A DNA stretch of 64,000 nucleotides from Clostridia bacterium (GTDB taxonomy: Bacteria; Bacillota; Clostridia; UBA1212; DUPL01): assembly GCA_050951325.1 (NCBI GenBank), contig JBMNIW010000005.1:256024-320023 (forward strand), in the 5' to 3' direction. A program made the position numbers and the translations under genes. Position 1 is the first letter of the stretch; every line of letters starts with the position of its first letter. This document shows positions 30,719 to 40,994 of the stretch, piece by piece. The notes under the pieces were generated by a model. The model was given only the letters and a program-made list of their open reading frames with translations. It had not been told where the DNA came from and did not search any database.

Positions 30719-32497
30719 ATGAGTGACACAATGAAAGGTCTTAAAAGAACCATAATGAATGGACATATAGCTGAAAAAAATATAGGGGATACAGTTGTTC
30801 TGACAGGATGGGTGGCCAAGGCAAGAAATTTAGGCAGCCTGATTTTTGTAGACCTGCGAGACAGAACAGGCATAGTGCAGCTTGTATTTGACAGCACGGT
30901 GGATGAGGATGTTTTCAACAAAGCAGAAAAAATCAGGAATGAATATGTACTGTGCGTAAAAGGTGTTGTCAGACCCCGTGAAAAAGAAGCCATAAATACA
31001 AAAATGGCTACAGGAATGGTTGAGGTTTATGTAAACGACCTCAGGATACTCAGCGAGGCAGAAACTCCTCCGATTCATGTTGATGACAAGGCTGTTACTG
31101 GTGAAGTCAACAGACTTAAGTATAGATATCTAGACCTAAGAAAGCCTTCCATTCAAAAAAACCTCATACTAAGACATGAGGTAGCAAGATATGCAAGAAA
31201 CTTCTTTGCTGATAACGGTTTTTTGGAAATAGAGACGCCTATGCTTTCAAAAAGCACACCTGAAGGAGCAAGAGACTATCTTGTGCCCAGCAGGATTCAC
31301 CATGGCAAGTTTTATGCGCTTCCCCAGTCTCCTCAATTGTACAAACAGCTACTGATGGTGGCAGGTTTTGACAGATACATTCAGATAGTCAAATGTTTCA
31401 GAGACGAGGATCTGCGGGCAGACAGACAACCGGAATTTACACAGATTGACCTTGAAATGTCTTTTGTAGACATGGATGACGTTGTGTCTATAAATGAAGA
31501 GTTTCTGAAAGGGCTTTTCAAAAAAGTGATGGATGTTGATGTGGAAATTCCATTTAGACGAATGTCTTACAAGGAAGCCATGGATAAATACGGCACCGAC
31601 AAGCCCGATACCAGGTTTGGCATGGAGCTTAAGGATATTTCTTCTTTTGCTGAAAACTGTTCTTTCGGCATTTTCAAAGATACTGTAAAGAATGGCGGCT
31701 GTGTAAAGTTAATATCCGCCAGCGGTGCAGGATCGTTTTCCAGAAAGGAAATTGATAAGCTTGTGGAGTTTGTAAAATTCCATGGCGGAAAAGGCATGGC
31801 ATGGATTATTAATGGTGAGAATGAAACAAGGTCCTCATTAGGGAAAGTTTTGACAGAAGAGGAGATTAAAGAAATAATCAGACTGGCAGAAAGCAATGTA
31901 GGAGATTTGATTTGCATTGTAAGTGACAAGGCCGACGTTGTTAATACCGCATTGGGAGCGTTAAGATGCCATATTGCCGAGAAACTTGACATAATACCTG
32001 ATAACTTTGAGTTTTTATGGGTAACAGATTTCCCACTTTTTGAATACAGTGAAGAAGAAGATAGATATGTTGCAAAGCATCATCCCTTTACAATGCCTGT
32101 TGATGAAGATATAGATATGCTTGAGACAAAACCAGAAAGGGTCAGAGCTAAAGCCTATGATATTGTATTGAATGGTTATGAAATAGGCGGAGGCAGTATA
32201 AGGATATACGATAATGAGTTGCAAAAAAGAATGTTCAAGGCTCTGGGATTCAGCGAGGAAGAAGCTTACGAAAGATTCGGATTCCTGCTGGATGCCTTCA
32301 GATATGGAACACCACCTCATGGTGGAATGGCCTATGGACTCGACAGGCTGGTTATGATTATGGCAAATTGTGATAATATAAGGGATGTCATTGCATTCCC
32401 AAAGGTGCAGAATGCATCTTGTCTTATGACTGGAGCTCCAGGTATGGTTGAAGAGAAGCAACTTAAGGAGCTAAACATTAAAATAGAAGAAGAATAA
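30719..32497 (+). CDS. aspS: aspartate--tRNA ligase
   Basis: Class II aaRS motifs (FRDEDLRADRQPEFTQID; GGGSIRI; GLDRLVM) and an OB-fold N-terminus. The start at ATG 30719 follows GGGAGG. Confidence 0.9.
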   Translation: MSDTMKGLKRTIMNGHIAEKNIGDTVVLTGWVAKARNLGSLIFVDLRDRTGIVQLVFDSTVDEDVFNKAEKIRNEYVLCVKGVVRPREKEAINTKMATGMVEVYVNDLRILSEAETPPIHVDDKAVTGEVNRLKYRYLDLRKPSIQKNLILRHEVARYARNFFADNGFLEIETPMLSKSTPEGARDYLVPSRIHHGKFYALPQSPQLYKQLLMVAGFDRYIQIVKCFRDEDLRADRQPEFTQIDLEMSFVDMDDVVSINEEFLKGLFKKVMDVDVEIPFRRMSYKEAMDKYGTDKPDTRFGMELKDISSFAENCSFGIFKDTVKNGGCVKLISASGAGSFSRKEIDKLVEFVKFHGGKGMAWIINGENETRSSLGKVLTEEEIKEIIRLAESNVGDLICIVSDKADVVNTALGALRCHIAEKLDIIPDNFEFLWVTDFPLFEYSEEEDRYVAKHHPFTMPVDEDIDMLETKPERVRAKAYDIVLNGYEIGGGSIRIYDNELQKRMFKALGFSEEEAYERFGFLLDAFRYGTPPHGGMAYGLDRLVMIMANCDNIRDVIAFPKVQNASCLMTGAPGMVEEKQLKELNIKIEEE

Positions 32498-32521
32498 AAT
32501 TGATTAGGATGATTTGAATTC

Positions 32522-35500
32522 ATGAGGGACATTGTGCATATAGGGCTGGATGTAGGCTCTACTACTGTGAAAATTGTCATTTTAGATAGAGAAAAAGAAT
32601 TATTGTACCACAAGTATCAGAGGCACTACTCTGATATTCGCCGTACAATTTACGATATGCTGAAAGAGGCTTTGATTAAGTTTAAGGACTATCATGCCAC
32701 AATCAAGCTGACCGGTTCCGGCGGTATGTTGGTGGCTGAGTGGCTTGGTTTGCCTTTTGTGCAGGAAGTTGTTGCTTCATCCGAAGCAGTAAGGCGCTTG
32801 ATTCCACAAACGAATGTTGCTATCGAGTTAGGTGGAGAAGACGCAAAAATAACGTATTTTGATGATCCTATAGAGCAAAGAATGAACGGTACCTGTGCAG
32901 GGGGAACCGGAGCCTTTATAGATCAAATGGCAATACTTTTAAAGACTGACGCTGCAGGGCTCAACGAGTATGCAAAGAATCATACTATAATTTATCCAAT
33001 TGCGGCCAGATGCGGAGTGTTTGCAAAAACCGACATACAACCTTTGTTGAATGAAGGAGCATTGAAGGAAGACATCGCAGCATCCGTATTTCAGTCAGTT
33101 GTAAATCAAACCATAAGCGGTCTTGCCTGTGGAAGACCTATCAGGGGAAATGTCGCATTTCTTGGTGGACCACTTAACTATTTGTCCGAGCTAAGAAAGC
33201 GCTTCATAGAAACCTTGGTTCTCAAAGATGAACAGATCGTTTTTCCAAAGAATTCCCATCTGTTTGTGGCTATGGGAGCTGCTTTTTCCTCAGAAGACAT
33301 GGAACCTGTCGCAATAAAGGATATTCTTGACAAACTTGAACATGTTTTGAATATCCAGGCCGATGAGATTACAAGGCTCAGACCTCTGTTTACAGATGAA
33401 AATGAACTCAACGATTTTTATGAAAGACACAACAAGGAAAAAGCAAAACGTGGTGATTTAAGTACATATGAAGGTTTGTGCTACTTTGGCATAGATGCTG
33501 GTTCCACGACAACCAAGGCTGTTTTGATTGGAGAAGATGATGAGATACTGTATACATACTATGCATCTAACTTTGGCAGTCCATTTAATTCAGCGCTGAA
33601 CATATTGAAGGATCTATACAGTAAAATGCCTCCTACTGCGAAAATAGCCAATTCCTGTGTAACTGGCTATGGTGAAGGCCTGATAAAAACCGCACTGAAT
33701 ATTGATATGGGGGAAATTGAGACAATTGCCCATTACAAGGCAGCAGAGAAATTTCTTCCCGGAGTTGAATTTATTCTTGACATAGGTGGCCAGGACATGA
33801 AATGTCTCAAGGTCAGTGACGGTGTCATACATAATATTATGTTGAATGAAGCTTGTTCCTCTGGTTGTGGTTCATTTATTGAAGCTTTTGCAACTTCTTT
33901 AGGAATGAGTGTCTCGGAATTTGCAAAAGAAGCACTGTCGGCCCAGAAACCTGTGGACCTGGGCTCAAGATGTACTGTATTTATGAACTCAAGAGTTAAG
34001 CAAGCTCAAAAGGAAGGTGCTTCAGTTGCGGATATTTCCGCAGGACTGTCCTATTCGGTTATAAAAAACGCACTGACAAAAGTTATTAAAATTAGATCTC
34101 CCGAGCAAATGGGTAAGAAGATAATAACTCAGGGAGGTACATTTCTTAATGATGCTATCCTCAGGGCGTTTGAGATTGTGTCTGAAAGGGAAGCGGTAAG
34201 ACCGGATATAGCTGGTCTGATGGGTGCTTATGGCTGTGCATTGATAGCCAAGGAACATTACATAGAAGGCAGGGAGTCCAGCATCCTTAGTGTGGAGGAC
34301 GCTGAGAAAATCGAGGTGGACATAAGGAAAGCCAGATGTGGAAAATGTCCAAACAACTGCCTGCTTACCATAAACAGGTTTTCAAACGGTACCCGGTTCA
34401 TATCAGGCAACAGATGTGAAAGAGGACTTGGAGCATCTGCAAGTTCATCTACGAGCCTTCCAAACCTCTATAAGTATAAATACGAACGCCTGTTCCAATA
34501 CGAACCAATAAAGGATGCAAAAAGAGGCAGGGTAGGCATACCCAGGGTACTTAACATGTATGAAAACTACCCCTTCTGGTTCACTTTCTTCACATGCCTG
34601 GGGTATGAAGTGGTCATATCGGATCACAGCTCAAAAGAGCTTTATGAATCCGGAATGGAAACCATGCCTTCCGAATCCGTATGCTATCCTGGTAAAATTG
34701 TGCACGGACACATAATGAACCTGATAGACAAAGGTGTGAAGTTCATATTCTATCCTTGCATACCTTACGAACACAAGGAAGACGAGAAGGCTAACAATCA
34801 CTACAATTGTCCAATCGTCACTTCTTATCCGGAAGTAATTAAAGCGAACATGGACATATTAAGTGAAAAAGGCATTACATTCATGAAGCCATTCCTGCCA
34901 ATTTATGATCAAAAACGAATGGGCGACAGGCTTTACGAAGAATTGAGCCCATTGGGCATTGAAAAAGACGAGATAAGAAATGCTCTTGAAAAAGCATATG
35001 AAGAAGATGAATGTTTTAAGAATGATGTAAGGAAAAAAGGCGAAGAGACTCTCGAATACTGTCGTAAAAACAAAATAACTCCCATAGTTCTGGCTGGAAG
35101 GCCTTACCATGTGGATCCTGAAATCAACCACGGTATCCCGGAGCTCATAAACTCCTTTGGATTTGCAGTAGTGACGGAGGACTCAATTTCGCATTTGGCC
35201 GAAATTGAAACACCAATCCGTGTTGTAAACCAATGGACATATCACTCGAGACTATACAGGGCAGCCCACTATGTGAGAGAAAACAATGATGTGGAACTCG
35301 TACAGCTTAACTCCTTTGGCTGTGGACTTGATGCCGTCACCACGGACCAGGTGGAAGAGATCCTTACATCCAATGGTAACATATATACCTGCCTGAAGAT
35401 TGACGAGGGTACCAACCTCGGCGCAATTAGAATAAGGATCAGGTCACTCAAGGCGGCTCTTGAGGAAAGAAACAGGCATGGTTTTGAGATTAAGAAGAAT

Positions 35501-36757
35501 GTCTCATATGCCCAAAAAAAGGTTCTCTTTACGAAAGAAATGAAGAAGAACCATACCATATTATCGCCTCAAATGTCTCCGATACATTTCGATATACTTG
35601 AAGAGGCATTCAAGGCAAACGGTTACAATCTTGAAGTACTGCCATCCAACGATAGAGTAGCGGTGGACGAAGGACTCAAGTATGTTAATAATGATGCATG
35701 CTACCCTTCAATCCTCGTAGTAGGTCAGATAGCCGAAGCTCTGAAATCAGGGAAGTATGACCTTGACAATACTTCCGTCATTATTACTCAGACTGGTGGC
35801 GGATGCAGGGCAACCAACTACATAGCCTTTATTAGAAAAGCATTGAAAGACATGGGCTATGGCCATGTTCCTGTCATTTCACTATCTGCTTCAGGACTTG
35901 AGAAGAACCCAGGATTCAACATCACACTGCCGCTTATAAATTCTGCCATGATGGCAGTTTGCTATGGAGACTTGTTCATGAGGTTGCTTTACAGAACAAG
36001 GCCCTATGAAAAGGTTCCAGGTTCCGCCAACAGGTTGCATCAGAAGTGGAATGAAAAGGTTAAGAAGTCTGTACATAATGGAAGAATACGAGAGTACATA
36101 GACAATATTAAAAGGATAATCCACGATTTTGACAACCTGGAACTTTTGGATATTAAAAAGCCAAGAGTCGGCCTGGTTGGGGAAATACTGGTCAAATTCC
36201 ATCCAACGGCCAACAACTTTGTGGTGGACCTAGTTGAAAGTGAAGGAGCAGAGGCGGTAATGCCCGACCTTATGGACTTTCTTTTGTATTGCGCTTACAA
36301 CCAAATTGCAAAAAGAGAGCTTCTTACAGGCTCAAGATCATCCGTATTTCTTGCGAAAACTGCAATTGGTGTAATTGAGAAGTACAGAAAGCCCATGAGA
36401 AAATATCTGTCAAGAAGCAAGCGCTTTACTCCGCCCAGCGATATATATGAGATGGCGGAAGCTGCCAACAAGATACTGTCAGTAGGTAATTGCACTGGCG
36501 AAGGATGGTTCTTGACGGCTGAAATGATAGAACTTATAGAAGCTGGAGTTCCCAACATTGTTTGCATGCAACCTTTTGCATGCCTGCCCAATCATGTAAC
36601 AGGAAAAGGCATGATAAAGGCTTTGAGAAGGGAATATCCTGAGAGCAACATTGTGGCAGTGGATTACGATCCTGGTGCCAGTGAGGTTAACCAGCTGAAC
36701 AGAATCAGACTGATGTTGTCAGCTGCATTTAGAAATCTAAATTTGGGTGAAGCATAA
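32522..36757 (+). CDS. fused CoA-substrate-specific enzyme activase (two BadF/BadG/BcrA/BcrD-HgdC-type ATPase domains + HgdB/DUF2229-like domain), 1411 aa
   Basis: Two actin-fold ATPase repeats are present ([13 protein letters not shown]... and [13 protein letters not shown]...), each with the cysteine of an HgdC-like [4Fe-4S]-bridging helix region. A large C-terminal domain contains Cys clusters ([12 protein letters not shown]). Confidence 0.8.
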   Translation: MRDIVHIGLDVGSTTVKIVILDREKELLYHKYQRHYSDIRRTIYDMLKEALIKFKDYHATIKLTGSGGMLVAEWLGLPFVQEVVASSEAVRRLIPQTNVAIELGGEDAKITYFDDPIEQRMNGTCAGGTGAFIDQMAILLKTDAAGLNEYAKNHTIIYPIAARCGVFAKTDIQPLLNEGALKEDIAASVFQSVVNQTISGLACGRPIRGNVAFLGGPLNYLSELRKRFIETLVLKDEQIVFPKNSHLFVAMGAAFSSEDMEPVAIKDILDKLEHVLNIQADEITRLRPLFTDENELNDFYERHNKEKAKRGDLSTYEGLCYFGIDAGSTTTKAVLIGEDDEILYTYYASNFGSPFNSALNILKDLYSKMPPTAKIANSCVTGYGEGLIKTALNIDMGEIETIAHYKAAEKFLPGVEFILDIGGQDMKCLKVSDGVIHNIMLNEACSSGCGSFIEAFATSLGMSVSEFAKEALSAQKPVDLGSRCTVFMNSRVKQAQKEGASVADISAGLSYSVIKNALTKVIKIRSPEQMGKKIITQGGTFLNDAILRAFEIVSEREAVRPDIAGLMGAYGCALIAKEHYIEGRESSILSVEDAEKIEVDIRKARCGKCPNNCLLTINRFSNGTRFISGNRCERGLGASASSSTSLPNLYKYKYERLFQYEPIKDAKRGRVGIPRVLNMYENYPFWFTFFTCLGYEVVISDHSSKELYESGMETMPSESVCYPGKIVHGHIMNLIDKGVKFIFYPCIPYEHKEDEKANNHYNCPIVTSYPEVIKANMDILSEKGITFMKPFLPIYDQKRMGDRLYEELSPLGIEKDEIRNALEKAYEEDECFKNDVRKKGEETLEYCRKNKITPIVLAGRPYHVDPEINHGIPELINSFGFAVVTEDSISHLAEIETPIRVVNQWTYHSRLYRAAHYVRENNDVELVQLNSFGCGLDAVTTDQVEEILTSNGNIYTCLKIDEGTNLGAIRIRIRSLKAALEERNRHGFEIKKNVSYAQKKVLFTKEMKKNHTILSPQMSPIHFDILEEAFKANGYNLEVLPSNDRVAVDEGLKYVNNDACYPSILVVGQIAEALKSGKYDLDNTSVIITQTGGGCRATNYIAFIRKALKDMGYGHVPVISLSASGLEKNPGFNITLPLINSAMMAVCYGDLFMRLLYRTRPYEKVPGSANRLHQKWNEKVKKSVHNGRIREYIDNIKRIIHDFDNLELLDIKKPRVGLVGEILVKFHPTANNFVVDLVESEGAEAVMPDLMDFLLYCAYNQIAKRELLTGSRSSVFLAKTAIGVIEKYRKPMRKYLSRSKRFTPPSDIYEMAEAANKILSVGNCTGEGWFLTAEMIELIEAGVPNIVCMQPFACLPNHVTGKGMIKALRREYPESNIVAVDYDPGASEVNQLNRIRLMLSAAFRNLNLGEA

Positions 36758-38017
36758 GTGAATAGAAGAATATACGATAGCTCGCATTTGTATTTAATAG
36801 AGAATAACAGATTACAAAAGAAGAAAAGAATAAAAAAATACATGCTCCTCTTTATTATCATCGAAATTCTGGTTATCTCTATTCTTGTTGCATGTGCATT
36901 GGTAACCGTTGATAATAAAGGGAAAATTGCTTTGAAGGAACTTCTTGAAAACATGGACGAGGCAAAGACCCATAACTATAACGGAAGGTATCTGTCCAAC
37001 AGAATATATGGGGTTGCCTCGCCCCTTGTAAAAAGAATTCATACACATGAGAAGCTGGTGGACTTGTATTTGAACGGGACAAGCCCAAGTGTAAGTAAAC
37101 CACCAAAACCAAATAATACCCCTATGCCCGTTGAAGAGAACATAAAATACTATATGTTCAGTTTATATGACAATTCATACAAATATTCAGTATTCTACGA
37201 TACTGAAATCTCCGTGGAAACGGGAATCAAGGATGATATTGAAAAAGAACTGGTGGCAGGCTACAAAAGTGAACTCAGGTATGGCTCCTTGAAGGTGGTT
37301 AACGACTATGTTCGAGATCCAATTAATATTAGGGAGATTCTTCAAGCGCCTCTGGTTATTAAAAAGCCTGAAAAAGGCAAATCCTCCATCCTCATATTCC
37401 ACACTCATACAAGTGAAGGGTATTGTTTGACTGAAGAAGATAAGTATAATAATGAAAACTTTACAACAGACACTGAGATGAATGTTGTGAAAGCAGGAAG
37501 CATAATTGAAAAAATTCTAAATGAAAAGTATAATATTAATACCTTGCATGACAAGACAGTTCATGATCAAGGGTATAATCATAATATTGCTTATGATTTG
37601 TCTAAAAAGACTGTAGAATCAATTAAGGAAGAACATGATTCCATTCAACTGACTATCGATATACATCGAGATGGCGCTTTTGATGGAAGCAAAAAGTTTG
37701 ATCCCACCGTTGAACATAACGGAAAAATGTTTGCCCAGGTGATGTTTGTTGTTGGATGCGATTATGATGTTAATAATCCTAATCCAAACTGGAGGGACAA
37801 TTTCAAACTTGCCATGCTGATGTTGGAAATGCTGGAAGAAAAGGTTCCAGGTATAACTAGAGGAATTTCCATGAGAAAAGATCCATATAATACAAACCTG
37901 GCAGACAGGGGAATACTTATTGAAATAGGATTCAATGGAAATTTGATTTCTGAGGTTGTTAACACATCTGAAATTGTAGCGGATGTACTGGGTGAAATTT
38001 ATTCATACGAAGAATAA
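36758..38017 (+). CDS. spoIIP: stage II sporulation protein P (SpoIIP, engulfment amidase/peptidase)
   Basis: A basic N-terminus and one TM helix are followed by the SpoIIP domain (ILIFHTHTSEGY ... QVMFVVG ... ILIEIGFNGN). GTG 36758 follows GGTGAAG; the alternative ATG is at 36842. Confidence 0.8.
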   Translation: MNRRIYDSSHLYLIENNRLQKKKRIKKYMLLFIIIEILVISILVACALVTVDNKGKIALKELLENMDEAKTHNYNGRYLSNRIYGVASPLVKRIHTHEKLVDLYLNGTSPSVSKPPKPNNTPMPVEENIKYYMFSLYDNSYKYSVFYDTEISVETGIKDDIEKELVAGYKSELRYGSLKVVNDYVRDPINIREILQAPLVIKKPEKGKSSILIFHTHTSEGYCLTEEDKYNNENFTTDTEMNVVKAGSIIEKILNEKYNINTLHDKTVHDQGYNHNIAYDLSKKTVESIKEEHDSIQLTIDIHRDGAFDGSKKFDPTVEHNGKMFAQVMFVVGCDYDVNNPNPNWRDNFKLAMLMLEMLEEKVPGITRGISMRKDPYNTNLADRGILIEIGFNGNLISEVVNTSEIVADVLGEIYSYEE

Positions 38018-38037
38018 ATAAAGATAGGGAGTAGCAT

Positions 38038-39843
38038 ATGAACAATCAGGATAAAATTAGGAATTTTTGCATAATTGCTCATATTGACCATGGAAAATCT
38101 ACATTGGCTGACAGGATATTAGAACAGACTGGAGAGCTTTCCGAAAGGGAAATGGAGGAACAGGTTCTGGACAACATGGACCTGGAAAGGGAAAGAGGAA
38201 TTACTATTAAGGCGCGTTCCGTCAGATTGAATTATCTTGCCGATGATGGAGTTGAGTATATTTATAATCTTATTGACACCCCAGGTCATGTTGACTTTAC
38301 TTATGAAGTATCAAGAACATTGGCTGCATGCGAAGGTGCAATCCTGGTGGTGGACGCAGCTCAGGGAATTGAAGCACAAACTCTGGCAAATGTTTATATG
38401 GCCATGGATCACAACTTGGAAATTATCCCGGTTATAAACAAAATAGATTTGCCTGCAGCGCAACCTGAAGTTGTAAAGAAGGAAATCGAGGAGGTAATTG
38501 GCATACCTGCATCCGATGCTCCACTTATCTCTGCAAAGGCAGGTATAGGCATTAAGGATGTCCTTGAAGAAATAGCAACCAGAATCCCATCACCATCAGG
38601 TGACAAGGAAGCTCCTCTTCAGGCACTGATTTTCGACTCCGTTTATGACACCTACAGAGGTGTAATCATATATGTAAAGGTTGTAAACGGCAGACTCAAA
38701 AAAGGCGATACAATCAAACTCATGTCAACAGAGAAAACCTTCATTATTACTGAACTAGGGTGGTTCAAGCCAGGCACTTTCTACCCATGTGACTCCTTGG
38801 AAACAGGGGAAGTTGGGTATATTGTGGCAAACATTAAAAACATACAGGATGCCAATGTTGGTGATACTGTTACCCTAGTAAGCAATCCTGCCAAGAATCC
38901 TTTGCCAGGATACAAGAAAGCAAAACCAATGGTTTTTTGCGGAGTTTATCCTGTCGACGGTTCAGATTTTGAAGGATTAAGGGATGCTTTAGCTAAACTT
39001 CAGCTTAATGACGCATCGCTGGCTTTCGAACCTGAAACATCAAAAGCATTGGGATTTGGTTTCAGATGCGGATTCTTGGGACTTCTTCATATGGAGATTA
39101 TACTTGAAAGAATTCAGAGAGAGTTTGATATCGACATCATTACCACAACACCAAGCGTTATATACAGGATTTACAAAACAAATGGTGAGGTTCTGGAACT
39201 GGACAACCCAACAAACATGCCTTCTGTAAACATGATAGACCATATAGAAGAACCAATGGTGAAAGCATCCATACTGACTCCAGCGGAATTTGTCGGCAAC
39301 ATCATGGAGCTTACCATTGACAGAAGAGGTACGTTCCTTAACATGGATTATCTTGAGCGTGACAGGGTACTGCTTACTTACGAAATACCTCTAAACGAGG
39401 TCATTTACGACTACTTTGACGCACTAAAATCTAGAACAAAAGGCTATGCGTCACTTGATTATGAGATGACTGGCTACAAGGTTTCAAAGCTTGTAAGGCT
39501 TGACATATACGTAAATGGTGAAGTAGTGGACGCTCTTTCCTTTATCGTTCATGAAGAGAAAGCATACCAAAGGGGAAGAAAGGTGGCTGAAAAGCTTAAG
39601 GAAGCAATTCCCAGACACCAGTTTGAAGTACCTATTCAGGCATACCTTGGCGGCAAGATCATAGCAAGGGAAACTGTTAAGGCATACAGAAAAGACGTTA
39701 CGTCCAAATGCTATGGTGGCGACATTTCAAGAAAGAAGAAATTGCTTGAAAAACAGAAGGAAGGTAAAAAGCGTATGAGGCAGTTTGGCAGTGTGGAAAT
39801 ACCTCAAGAGGCTTTTCTTACCGTACTAAAGTTGGATGATTAA
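38038..39843 (+). CDS. lepA: elongation factor 4 (LepA)
   Basis: [33 protein letters not shown] and the LepA-specific C-terminus. 601 aa. Confidence 0.95.
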   Translation: MNNQDKIRNFCIIAHIDHGKSTLADRILEQTGELSEREMEEQVLDNMDLERERGITIKARSVRLNYLADDGVEYIYNLIDTPGHVDFTYEVSRTLAACEGAILVVDAAQGIEAQTLANVYMAMDHNLEIIPVINKIDLPAAQPEVVKKEIEEVIGIPASDAPLISAKAGIGIKDVLEEIATRIPSPSGDKEAPLQALIFDSVYDTYRGVIIYVKVVNGRLKKGDTIKLMSTEKTFIITELGWFKPGTFYPCDSLETGEVGYIVANIKNIQDANVGDTVTLVSNPAKNPLPGYKKAKPMVFCGVYPVDGSDFEGLRDALAKLQLNDASLAFEPETSKALGFGFRCGFLGLLHMEIILERIQREFDIDIITTTPSVIYRIYKTNGEVLELDNPTNMPSVNMIDHIEEPMVKASILTPAEFVGNIMELTIDRRGTFLNMDYLERDRVLLTYEIPLNEVIYDYFDALKSRTKGYASLDYEMTGYKVSKLVRLDIYVNGEVVDALSFIVHEEKAYQRGRKVAEKLKEAIPRHQFEVPIQAYLGGKIIARETVKAYRKDVTSKCYGGDISRKKKLLEKQKEGKKRMRQFGSVEIPQEAFLTVLKLDD

Positions 39844-39844
39844 C

Positions 39845-40993
39845 ATGCATGCTGAAGATTTTGGCATATATGTCCATATACCATTTTGTGAAAGAAAGTG
39901 CATATATTGCGACTTTCTTTCATTTGGTATTAATACTATTGGCAATGAAAGCGTAGAAAAGTATTTTGACACTCTCTATCTTGAAATGAATAAAAAGAAA
40001 GAAAGTGTCAATAAAACTATTACCAGCATATTCATTGGGGGAGGCACTCCTTCCATTGTTGAACCGAAACTAATTCATTCACTTATTGAAAAACTTAGAA
40101 AAAACTTTGTAATTGCAAAGGATGCTGAAATAACGATTGAAGCAAACCCTGGCACTGTAAAAAAAGATGATTTTTTAATGTATAAGGATGCTGGCATTAA
40201 CAGAATTAGTTTCGGCATTCAGTCCTTGAATGATGATCTTGCGAAATTTCTAGGCAGAATACATACAAAAGAAGATTCCATCAACGCCATCAGAAATGCT
40301 CAAAAGGCTGGATTTGAAAACATTAACGCTGATGTTTTAGTTGGTGTGCCCAATCAAAGCGTTGATGTATTCATGAGCACATTAATAGAGCTGGCAAATC
40401 TAAATGTTCCTCACATATCTGCGTACAGCTTGATTCTGGAGGAAGAGACTAGTTTGTATGATATGATTGATAAGGGAATTGTTAAGTTGCCAAAGGATGA
40501 ATTGGACAGGCAAATGTACCATAAATGTTTGGAATATTTGATGTCCAAAGAATATATTCACTATGAGATATCCAATTTTGCATTAAACGGATATGAATGC
40601 AGGCACAATCTTCTTTATTGGCACTGCAATGAATATTTGGGTCTTGGTCTTGGTGCATCTTCATACATAAACAGTATAAGATTTAGAAATACGAGTAATT
40701 TTAGAGACTACCTTAGTCTTGATTTTAACGTATTTAATGAAGAAGTATTAAGTGATACCGATAAGATGAATGAATTTATGCTCCTTGGCTTTAGATTAAC
40801 AAAAGGACCTGATCCTAAGATGTTTTACAAGAGGTTTAACAAGTTTTATCATATTATATACAAGGAAGTCTTGGATAAGCTCGAAAGGTTGGGTCTTATA
40901 CAGATTTCTAATGTGAAAGGCAAATTCATATCCTACTGTTTGACTGGAAAAGGATATGATTTTGCGAATCAGGTTTTTATGGAGTTTGTGTGA
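39845..40993 (+). CDS. hemW: radical SAM heme chaperone HemW (oxygen-independent coproporphyrinogen-III oxidase-like)
   Basis: CxxxCxxC radical SAM motif (CERKCIYCDF), a GGGTPS glycine-rich motif, and a HemN_C region. It follows lepA as in Bacillus. ATG 39845 (GGATGA SD) is preferred over 39836. Confidence 0.8.
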   Translation: MHAEDFGIYVHIPFCERKCIYCDFLSFGINTIGNESVEKYFDTLYLEMNKKKESVNKTITSIFIGGGTPSIVEPKLIHSLIEKLRKNFVIAKDAEITIEANPGTVKKDDFLMYKDAGINRISFGIQSLNDDLAKFLGRIHTKEDSINAIRNAQKAGFENINADVLVGVPNQSVDVFMSTLIELANLNVPHISAYSLILEEETSLYDMIDKGIVKLPKDELDRQMYHKCLEYLMSKEYIHYEISNFALNGYECRHNLLYWHCNEYLGLGLGASSYINSIRFRNTSNFRDYLSLDFNVFNEEVLSDTDKMNEFMLLGFRLTKGPDPKMFYKRFNKFYHIIYKEVLDKLERLGLIQISNVKGKFISYCLTGKGYDFANQVFMEFV

Positions 40994-40994
40994 T

